Below are positions 54,189 through 61,297 of a stretch of DNA of 61,297 bases, piece by piece. Positions within the stretch are counted from its first letter, which is position 1; every line of letters starts with the position of its first letter. Under the pieces are notes generated by a model, which did not search any database, was not told where the DNA came from, and saw only the letters and a list, made by a program, of their open reading frames with translations. Made by a program: the position numbers and the translations under genes. Source of the stretch: a virus (taxonomy: Duplodnaviria; Caudoviricetes); the IMG/VR virus record IMGVR_UViG_3300037465_000218, positions 1-61,297 of that record. One strand, given 5' to 3'.

Positions 54189-54434
54189 ATGGGTGGATTC
54201 TTCCTACGACCGAAGGATACGAATCGAGCTTCCAATGGGCACATCAACGCTGAGCCAATCGGCGTAGTTGGTGAGTACGAGGAAGAGTATACTGACGCGA
54301 GTGGTGTGGCAGTTCATCGCCGACGGCACCCGTCGGAGGCCACTGAGCCAAAGGGTAATGCTCCGCTACCGGGCGGTAGCTGGAGAGGGGCTGTTTCCAA
54401 GACTGGCTCGTTGGGCCGCGGAAGGAGTCGATAG
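54189..54434 (+). CDS. Hypothetical protein
   Basis: AAGGAGG RBS. Confidence 0.65.
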   Translation: MGGFFLRPKDTNRASNGHINAEPIGVVGEYEEEYTDASGVAVHRRRHPSEATEPKGNAPLPGGSWRGAVSKTGSLGRGRSR

Positions 54435-54700
54435 TGAGTGATTACAGAGTTGTGCAGTGCTTTGGTGTAAAGAAGCGCCCGCGGAAGCCAGAGGAAGCTT
54501 GTCGTAAACGCTACCTTTGGATTGCCCGCGGTGCTTCATCAGGGAATTTTGGACGCAAAGGCGCACAAGCTTGCCCCAATTGTGGTACGCTTCCCGACTT
54601 TGATCATCCGTACAATCGCTTCCTCATGGGCTTTATTACGGAAGAACAAGCCAAAGCAGAAATGCCCGAGTACACAAAAAGTTTGCAGGACAAGAAATAA
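54434..54700 (+). CDS. Zn-ribbon protein
   Basis: C...C...CPNCG; AAGGAG RBS. Confidence 0.7.
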   Translation: MSDYRVVQCFGVKKRPRKPEEACRKRYLWIARGASSGNFGRKGAQACPNCGTLPDFDHPYNRFLMGFITEEQAKAEMPEYTKSLQDKK

Positions 54701-54875
54701 CATTTGACTTTCTTGGAAATCTGTCTTATTCCTAGAATGGATGTCGGGGTTACTACTAGATCTTATCTTAACTTACACTAAGATCTTACAGAGTAGGGAA
54801 AAGAGCCAATCTTAGTCCTTACAGATTTCAAATTTGAACTCGCGCGTACTACGCGCGTACCAATGAGGGGCAGCT

Positions 54876-55694
54876 ATGAAGCAGTATTTAGACTTGCTTA
54901 AGGATTGTTTTTACGGAGAAGAGAAAGAAGATCGAACGGGAGTAGGTACAACCAGTGTCTTTGGAAGACAGCTCCGCTTCAATCTCCAAGATGGTTTTCC
55001 TTTGCTCACGACCAAGAGGCTATTCACCAAGGCCATCATCCATGAGCTGCTCTGGTTTATCAGTGGCGAAACCAACATCCAATACCTGCAAGAGAACGGT
55101 GTTACAATTTGGGACAAGTGGGCAGATGCAAATGGTGATCTTGGTCCAGTGTACGGGTACCAGTGGCGGCACTGGCCGACCTACAAAGAAATCGAAGACG
55201 GGTTGTTCGTTCCCGGGCGAGAACTTGATCAACTCGATCAGGTGATCAAAGACATTCGGAAGAACCCCAGTTCCCGTAGGCATATTGTTACGGCTTGGAA
55301 CCCAGTGGATGTACCAAATATGGCTCTTCCGCCCTGCCACCTGTTGTACCAATTCTACGTGGCGAACGGGCGACTTTCTTGCCAGACGTACCAAAGAAGC
55401 TGTGACGTTTTCCTGGGAGTACCCTTCAACATTGCTTCCTACGCCCTTTTGACCATGATGGTCGCGCAGGTTACAGGATTGGTACCCCATGAGTTCATTC
55501 ACACCTTTGGTGATGTACATCTGTACAAAAACCACCGGCCCCAGGCGATTGAGCAGTTATCCCGTGACCCTCGTTCGCTTCCTAAAATGATCCTCAATCC
55601 CGGCGTAAAGGAGATTGATCAGTTCAAGTTTAGTGATTTCCAGTTGGTGGGGTACGACCCTCACCCAGCCATCAAGGCGGAGGTAGCGGTCTAA
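54876..55694 (+). CDS. thyA: Thymidylate synthase
   Basis: [44 protein letters not shown]. Confidence 0.98.
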   Translation: MKQYLDLLKDCFYGEEKEDRTGVGTTSVFGRQLRFNLQDGFPLLTTKRLFTKAIIHELLWFISGETNIQYLQENGVTIWDKWADANGDLGPVYGYQWRHWPTYKEIEDGLFVPGRELDQLDQVIKDIRKNPSSRRHIVTAWNPVDVPNMALPPCHLLYQFYVANGRLSCQTYQRSCDVFLGVPFNIASYALLTMMVAQVTGLVPHEFIHTFGDVHLYKNHRPQAIEQLSRDPRSLPKMILNPGVKEIDQFKFSDFQLVGYDPHPAIKAEVAV

Positions 55695-56344
55695 TGCTCT
55701 TGTCTCTTATCGCAGCGTATGCCAAGGATAGTGCGGGTGCGCGAGTGATTGGTTTGAAAAACCAACTGCCTTGGCATTTCCCACATGATCTGGAACGCTT
55801 CAGGGAGTACACGCTGGATTGTGCGATCATCATGGGGCGTAAGACCCATGAATCAATTGGACGTGTTCTTCCTCGACGCGATAATATCATTTTGACCCGC
55901 CAAGAAAACTACCGGGTGAAAGGTGCTTCTGTTTTCTCGGACTTGGAAGAGGCATTGCAGTTTGCCTCCACGCGCAACAGCGAAGCTTTTGTGATTGGTG
56001 GTCAAGAACTATACGAGCAAACTTTGGCGCGCGCTGATCGGCTCTATCTGACCTCGTTCAAGATTCCGGGAATCGAAGGTGATACCTATTTTCCTCCGTT
56101 CCAATCCAATCAATACAAGTTGATTTACATCGAGCGGAAGGACATTAGTGGGGATTGTTTTAGGATCCTAGAGAGAATTCGTTATACCGCCGCCCAGCAG
56201 GCGGGTTCCGAAGCAACAGCCTACTCTTCTATTACTGGGATGGATCAGGTGCCCGCTGCGGCCGCCGGCCCGGGCCAGGATGAAGTTGTGGACGATGAAG
56301 ACGAAGAAGTTCCGGTTATTTGGGAAGGGGGATATGTTCTCTAA
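55694..56344 (+). CDS. folA: Dihydrofolate reductase with acidic C-terminal extension
   Basis: VIG..NQLPW...DL..F, IMGRKT.ESI..LP.R.NI.L, IGG, GDTYFP. Confidence 0.95.
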   Translation: MLLSLIAAYAKDSAGARVIGLKNQLPWHFPHDLERFREYTLDCAIIMGRKTHESIGRVLPRRDNIILTRQENYRVKGASVFSDLEEALQFASTRNSEAFVIGGQELYEQTLARADRLYLTSFKIPGIEGDTYFPPFQSNQYKLIYIERKDISGDCFRILERIRYTAAQQAGSEATAYSSITGMDQVPAAAAGPGQDEVVDDEDEEVPVIWEGGYVL

Positions 56345-56625
56345 TGGTAGAATTTAGAGCGGTCGTCAATATCAACGAGCAGGGCGAGATTGTTTGTTTC
56401 TGCTCTCTAGAAGAAGCTATGCGGGGTCAATGCTTATGCCAGAATAAGTACGATTGCCCTGAGGCGATTATCAGTGTCGAAACTCTTCCTGGTACTAGGC
56501 CATCCGAGAAAGGTGCTAAGCAAATTGTATCGGATACAGCGCGAGTAGCCAAGGAAGTTACCAAGATCAAAGAGGGCCTGTCTAGGTTGGAACAGGCTGT
56601 ACGGAAAACCAAGTTCAGACTTTAG
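56344..56625 (+). CDS. Cys-rich hypothetical protein
   Basis: TAATG coupling; CFC...CLC...C. Confidence 0.65.
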   Translation: MVEFRAVVNINEQGEIVCFCSLEEAMRGQCLCQNKYDCPEAIISVETLPGTRPSEKGAKQIVSDTARVAKEVTKIKEGLSRLEQAVRKTKFRL

Positions 56626-56638
56626 GAAAGGGGAACCT

Positions 56639-57214
56639 ATGCTGATCGTAGGCTTTGGAACTACCGCCCAGGTGGGCAAGGATACCGCAGCGGAATATCT
56701 TGAGAAGAAATACCCGGGACGCGTGAAGCGGGTAGCGTTTGCGGACAAGTTGAAGAAGATTGCAATGGATCTTTTCGGTTTGAGTTGGGAGCAGTGTTAT
56801 GGTTCCCAGCAAATCAAGGAAACAGTAGACCCTCGTTATGGAATGACGCCGCGAGAGATTCTCCAAGGAATTGGAGAAAAGATGCGGCACGTATTTCCGG
56901 ATATCTGGGTAGATACGGTATTCAATACTACCATTCCGGAATATGCCAAGCAGGGTTTTGACTGCTTTGTCATTTCGGATGTACGCTACCCCAATGAAGC
57001 CAATAAGATTCACGCTGTTGGCGGGGCGGTAGTAAAGGTAACGCGCAAAGGAAGCGGTGTAACGGTGGGGGCTTCCCATTCTAGCGAGACCTCAATGCAG
57101 GATTACAAAGAGTTTGACTTCATCCTTGAAAATGATGGCGACTTCCAGGAGTATTTTTGGAAGCTTGACGACCTAATGAGGAGGTTGAACTACAATGGTG
57201 GAGAGGAGAGATAA
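56639..57214 (+). CDS. Deoxynucleoside monophosphate kinase
   Basis: G....GKDT.A, FADKLK, TPREILQ.IG, ISDVRYPNE, H.SE. Confidence 0.9.
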   Translation: MLIVGFGTTAQVGKDTAAEYLEKKYPGRVKRVAFADKLKKIAMDLFGLSWEQCYGSQQIKETVDPRYGMTPREILQGIGEKMRHVFPDIWVDTVFNTTIPEYAKQGFDCFVISDVRYPNEANKIHAVGGAVVKVTRKGSGVTVGASHSSETSMQDYKEFDFILENDGDFQEYFWKLDDLMRRLNYNGGEER

Positions 57215-58043
57215 GACAGATACTTCCGGGCGAGGGCTCGGTCACTCTTGGGCTGATGATAACGTAGAACGTGGGGCACCAGACGCAGACTTTCAGAAGC
57301 GCCGCCCCACTTATCCCATCGGCGACGACCCCCGGGGCCGAGAGATAGACTTTGAAGACACCTCGGGTCGGGAATCATATGGTTCCAAGAACGAAGTATT
57401 CCGTGCATATCGAGGGCAGGCCCCAATCGAAGGCCAAGAATACGGTATGCCCGTTCGGGCTGGTAAGATCTACAAGAGGGTCCAGGATATTCGTCCTGAA
57501 GTGCCTGATCGGAGTATTAAGGCTGAGTACCACGCGGCTTTGCAAGCAGGACAATCCGCTGAGCTAATCTCGACCAACTTCGCGGCTTTGATGCCAAGAC
57601 CTACGATTTCTTCCCCTACCCCGGGCGCAAGCTTTAGCCCGGGCGCTACGATGGAAGTCGTAGCTCCAACAACTGCCCTTCGAAACATTCACGCAGCTGT
57701 CTTGGAAATCAACGGACTGGCCGTAGAGCGTAGGGTGTTAAATCGTCGAGATCAAGATTCTACTACGGACTACGAGTTTCGTTTCTTCTACAAGATTCCA
57801 GCTAACCAGGCGTTAGGACCGATGACTGTTACGGTGCGCGCCTTCAACATGGAATCCTCTTTCCAAGGCGTGATCGCAGACGATGCTCTCTTTACCACCA
57901 GTGCTCAGACCGGACTGGGTAGTGCAGAGCACTTTCGCCCAGGTTCAGCTACGTCTTCGGATGGGTATCAACTTCAGCTAGATGATACTGGTATTCTTCG
58001 ACAGCATGTCGGCATGGTTAGCATTACAGTTAACATCGTGTAA
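57195..58043 (+). CDS. Hypothetical protein with Ig-like C-terminal region
   Basis: PTISSPTPGASF...TVTVRAF beta-sandwich-like pattern. Confidence 0.65.
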   Translation: MVERRDKTDTSGRGLGHSWADDNVERGAPDADFQKRRPTYPIGDDPRGREIDFEDTSGRESYGSKNEVFRAYRGQAPIEGQEYGMPVRAGKIYKRVQDIRPEVPDRSIKAEYHAALQAGQSAELISTNFAALMPRPTISSPTPGASFSPGATMEVVAPTTALRNIHAAVLEINGLAVERRVLNRRDQDSTTDYEFRFFYKIPANQALGPMTVTVRAFNMESSFQGVIADDALFTTSAQTGLGSAEHFRPGSATSSDGYQLQLDDTGILRQHVGMVSITVNIV

Positions 58044-58053
58044 AGGATGAAAG

Positions 58054-58527
58054 ATGGCAAAGCCTAAAGCGAAGGGTTCGGTAAACGTAGACGCGGTAAA
58101 GCGTGAAGTTCGAAAGATGATAAAGGAACAGGACGCTAAAACGTCTACCCCTAAGGCTCGTTCTTCGATTCATCGGGAAAGCCCCCTCGAACAAGAGATG
58201 GGAACTACCAAATACAGGCAGATGATCCACGACCACAATGAGAAGAACAAGCACATTCTAGACCGTTTACCTTTTACTTTTCCACCCAAGAAGAAGATTC
58301 GTTCGCACCTCAACGTGTTGTTAGAGTGCCCTGAGTGTGGGGCAGAGAAATGGGGGAGCGAACACACGGTAGGCTTTGTTTGTAGCAGCTGTAACAAGTA
58401 TGTCTCTGCCAAGAACTCCGAGGCAGAAAGTAGGGGATACGACCCAGATCTGAAAGTCGGAATTCGCGGTACTGCGTCTGATAAGTTGCGAATGCTTGAG
58501 GAGAGGGACAAGAAAAAAGGCCAATAG
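58054..58527 (+). CDS. Basic Zn-ribbon protein
   Basis: CPECG...CSSC. Confidence 0.75.
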   Translation: MAKPKAKGSVNVDAVKREVRKMIKEQDAKTSTPKARSSIHRESPLEQEMGTTKYRQMIHDHNEKNKHILDRLPFTFPPKKKIRSHLNVLLECPECGAEKWGSEHTVGFVCSSCNKYVSAKNSEAESRGYDPDLKVGIRGTASDKLRMLEERDKKKGQ

Positions 58528-58529
58528 GC

Positions 58530-58558
58530 TTGCGAAAATCCAAAAAACCTTGTATAAT
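58530..58558 (+). promoter_or_regulatory. sigma70-type promoter
   Basis: TTGCGA-17 nt-TATAAT with TG extension. Confidence 0.8.
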
Positions 58559-58584
58559 TGGAACAGGTTGAGAAGGAGCCTATC

Positions 58585-59127
58585 ATGTCTGACGAGAAGA
58601 AGCAGTGGCACTCTTGGGTGATCAAGCGGAACCGCTTGGACAATGTAGTTTCCTACATCAAGGAAAACTGCCCCGAGATCGATAAGTTTTTCTACCCCTT
58701 CATTAAGAAGGAGTACCAAACCAAGAAGGGTGTTACCCGAATCAAGGACATGCCCCTTTACGAGGGTTATTTGTTCTTGAGGTACCACAGCCATCCGCAG
58801 GTTTTTCACAAGCTTAGCCAATACCCCCAGGTTACGACTTACTGCGGGCCCGTCTCTGAAGTGGAAATCGAGAAGATGCAGGCCGCACAGGGGAAGCTGA
58901 TTTCGGAGTTGAAAGCCAGCCGTTTCAAGCAGGGCGATACGGTCATCCTCAAGGATGGCCCGTTCAAGGGTTGGGAGGCCAAAGTAGTCTCCCTGAACGG
59001 GACGTCCGTAAAGGTGAAGATTGACGCTGTGATCCTGGGATCTGCCGTCCAAGAGGTAGTTTATCCCGAGGAACAGCTCGAACGAAAGACCGAACTACAG
59101 AACTCCGAAGTGCAGGACATCCTCTAA
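58585..59127 (+). CDS. nusG: NusG-family transcription factor (NGN + KOW)
   Basis: PLYEGYLF, P.V...G PV...EI, F..GD.V.L.DGPF.G.E..V; AAGGAG RBS. Confidence 0.88.
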   Translation: MSDEKKQWHSWVIKRNRLDNVVSYIKENCPEIDKFFYPFIKKEYQTKKGVTRIKDMPLYEGYLFLRYHSHPQVFHKLSQYPQVTTYCGPVSEVEIEKMQAAQGKLISELKASRFKQGDTVILKDGPFKGWEAKVVSLNGTSVKVKIDAVILGSAVQEVVYPEEQLERKTELQNSEVQDIL

Positions 59128-59140
59128 AGAGAAAACACAC

Positions 59141-59557
59141 ATGTCAGGAAAACCTGGAAGTAGCGGAAGACGTCCTGGATTCAAGCATTCCGACGATACC
59201 AAGCGGAAAATCGCTGATTCGTTGAGAGGCATCCCTCTCAGTGAAGTGCGTAGGGACAATATTGCCCAAGCTAAGGCGGTGTATGATTTAGACGAGAAAT
59301 GTGTCCGCCGGTTCGAAGAATTGAAGGCTAACTATCCGGATCAAGAAGAGTTTTTTGAGGAGAACGAGGCGGATCTCCTTTTTGCCATGCGTGATGTGCG
59401 CACCGAAAAGGAACTGAGTGACATTCGTAAGAAAGTAGAGAATGCTGTACTCAGACCAGAAGAGCCGTACCAATACTCCAGTAGCTCCTGCTACGCAGCC
59501 GAAGACGCGATGATCGCGCTTCTGGACTTTAAGCGCTACATACAAAAACTCCACTAG
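59141..59557 (+). CDS. NUMOD3-motif protein
   Basis: GFKHSDDTKRKIADSLRG. Confidence 0.7.
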   Translation: MSGKPGSSGRRPGFKHSDDTKRKIADSLRGIPLSEVRRDNIAQAKAVYDLDEKCVRRFEELKANYPDQEEFFEENEADLLFAMRDVRTEKELSDIRKKVENAVLRPEEPYQYSSSSCYAAEDAMIALLDFKRYIQKLH

Positions 59558-59596
59558 AGTACCAAAATCATTTTAACCAGCTGCCCTACTTAATGA

Positions 59597-59629
59597 GGGG
59601 GACGCTGTCTAGGCTTTCCCCTTTTTTTT
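59597..59629 (+). terminator. Candidate intrinsic terminator upstream of the terminase genes
   Basis: Imperfect stem GGGGGACGCT/GGCTTTCCCC followed by T8. Confidence 0.5.
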
Positions 59630-59648
59630 GGTACTACGAGGATTAGGA

Positions 59649-60314
59649 ATGGTCGATAAGCCAAAAAAACCACAAATTGACATCGACGAACTTGCTCGCA
59701 GGGGCGAGGAAGATCCTAAATCCAAAGCGTGGAATAACCCTAATAGCCGCAAGAATCTGAGGCAGTACCAAGAGCCGATCGTTCCGGAAGTCATCTCCGG
59801 GGAACTGGAAGACGAAGAGAGCGATATCTCCCAGATTGTTATAGGGCGCAAGCTAAGCCCCGATGTAGTCAGAAAATTGATGCCCCAGAGGGGAGTTCTT
59901 ACCGCCGCCGAAAAAAAGCGGTATCTAGGGGTGGTGCAACAATTTCTGGCAGATTTCAAGACTGAAGAGCCCACCGCTGCTGACATTGACGACATCTTCG
60001 AAATAGCGGAAAGCGATATCATGAAAACCCGGCTGTTATCAGCCGCCAAAGATAGTCCCGATGCTATCGTCAACATCAACCAAGCGTTGGAACGTATCTA
60101 TAAGAGAAAGCAGACTGCCAAAGAGAACCTATCCGCCCGCCGATCTGATCGGAAGGACGCCAGGGCTTCTCAGGACATCAACATCGTTGATCTCGTGGTC
60201 CGCTACGACCTAGAACAGAAAAGACGAGACGAAGAACGTGTTGCTGCCCTACTTGCGGAAGAAGATACCGCCGCAACTAAGCTCAACGAGGTCCTGGAGA
60301 AGGACGGATACTAA
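59649..60314 (+). CDS. Putative terminase small subunit
   Basis: Helical charged protein with NPNSRKNL motif directly upstream of terL. Confidence 0.5.
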   Translation: MVDKPKKPQIDIDELARRGEEDPKSKAWNNPNSRKNLRQYQEPIVPEVISGELEDEESDISQIVIGRKLSPDVVRKLMPQRGVLTAAEKKRYLGVVQQFLADFKTEEPTAADIDDIFEIAESDIMKTRLLSAAKDSPDAIVNINQALERIYKRKQTAKENLSARRSDRKDARASQDINIVDLVVRYDLEQKRRDEERVAALLAEEDTAATKLNEVLEKDGY

Positions 60315-60316
60315 TC

Positions 60317-61297
60317 TTGCAGAGTCTGCTGGAAGATCCAGACTTTCTCTCACAGTCAGATGAACTCGTAGAGTTCTATAGACAATATCCCGAAATCGCA
60401 GCCGAAGACCTTTTGAGAGTCAAACTTAGTTCGATTCAAAAGGTGGTCTTGAGGTCTATGTGGTTTCGGGACTACGTCATGGCCATCATGTGCCGAGGTG
60501 CTGGTAAGACCTTCTTACTGGCTGTCTTTTCGTGTTTGAAGGCTATGCTTTATCCGGGACATCGTGTTGGACTTCTAGCCCCCACCTTTCGTCAGAGCAA
60601 GTACATCTTTGAGGAATGTGATAAGCTTTATCACCGCTCCCCTGTTATGCAGGCAGCCTGTGAGCGCAAACCCACCTCTGCCTCGGATAACTGCTACATT
60701 CGTTTCAAGGCCGTAGGGGCCAAGAACCCGTCTGTAATTCAAGCTATCCCCCTGGGCGACGGTACTAAGATCAGAGGTTCGCGTTTCTATACCATCCTTT
60801 GCGATGAGTTTCCTCACATTCCAGACGAGATCTTCAACATGGTCATCCGTCCGATGGCCGCCACCCTTGCTGATCCCATGGAGAACGTAGCGAAGGTTGC
60901 TCGTCAGAAGGAACTGTTGGAACGAGGGTTGATTACCCAAGCCGAGATTGATGCTGACACCGCGACCAACCAAATCATCATTACGTCATCTGGTTACTTT
61001 ACGTTTAACCACATGTACAAGTTGTATTGCGCTTATCGTGAGGAGATGAAGAACGGCAATACCAAGTACGCCGTTTATCGCGTGCCCTATTGGCTTTTAC
61101 CCGAAGGTTTCTTGGATAACAAGTCAATCGAAGCTGCTAAACGAGAAATGTCCAGCCTTGAATTTAGGATGGAGTATGAAGCGGCCTTCATTCCTGATAC
61201 CGATGCTTTCTACAAAGCTTCCCTACTAGAGTCTTGTTCTAAGACTGGCTTCTCTACACGGGTTGTGGGAGAGCACGGAAAGACTTATTGTTTAGGT
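60317..61297 (+). CDS. terL: Terminase large subunit (partial, runs off the window end)
   Basis: TTG start; Q motif, MCRGAGKTF Walker A, APTFRQS, IRGSRF..ILCDEF Walker B, ITSS coupling motif, F.MEY.A.F. Confidence 0.92.
   Translation, partial: MQSLLEDPDFLSQSDELVEFYRQYPEIAAEDLLRVKLSSIQKVVLRSMWFRDYVMAIMCRGAGKTFLLAVFSCLKAMLYPGHRVGLLAPTFRQSKYIFEECDKLYHRSPVMQAACERKPTSASDNCYIRFKAVGAKNPSVIQAIPLGDGTKIRGSRFYTILCDEFPHIPDEIFNMVIRPMAATLADPMENVAKVARQKELLERGLITQAEIDADTATNQIIITSSGYFTFNHMYKLYCAYREEMKNGNTKYAVYRVPYWLLPEGFLDNKSIEAAKREMSSLEFRMEYEAAFIPDTDAFYKASLLESCSKTGFSTRVVGEHGKTYCLG

Larger units (their letters stand above)
1..61297. mobile_element. Large lytic bacteriophage genome segment
   Basis: Terminase large subunit, tail-fibre-like and LamG virion genes, holin/transglycosylase, dense short hypothetical ORFs and scattered single copies of nucleotide-metabolism genes; no integrase. 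Confidence 0.93.

Noticed and set aside
1-61297. Genome-wide amber (TAG) recoding
   Set aside because: Well-known enzymes are full length without internal TAG, and many genes end in TAG right before the next start; only one in-frame TAG case was found

Overview
This window looks like part of a large lytic (jumbo-type) dsDNA bacteriophage genome. I found no integrase, att site, rRNA, tRNA or CRISPR array. It has two divergent arms. (1) About 1-11.0 kb is a GC-rich arm on the minus strand (hand counts: 42/60 GC at 2401-2460, 43/60 at 10681-10740). It carries short early/host-takeover-type genes: two SpoVG-like paralogues, an intact GGEEF diguanylate cyclase, SLOG, DUF4326, AAA_25 and a NADAR remnant. 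It also has many intrinsic terminators, a ~320-nt candidate structured RNA and long repeat/hairpin-rich non-coding tracts. (2) From about 11.5 kb to the end is a roughly 50% GC arm on the plus strand (29/60 at 23581-23640, 27/60 at 45721-45780) with canonical sigma70 promoters. It encodes nucleotide metabolism (ndk, deoC, NT5C, NDT, GuaB/GMPR, dut, MazG, thyA, folA, dNMP kinase), UDG, clamp-loader subunits, protein maturation enzymes (def, map, ClpP), an actin-fold ATPase, Ser-Gly-rich virion/tail proteins, lysis-type genes, a NusG paralogue and the start of the terminase large subunit. The most unusual signals are the GC-rich early arm with its SpoVG pair, DGC, ncRNA and hairpin array, and a set of stand-alone, motif-dead copies of host domains (LeuRS C-terminal domain x2, NifU-C, dUTPase, Leu dehydrogenase NAD domain). 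All family calls come from recognising motifs by eye; no database searches were run.
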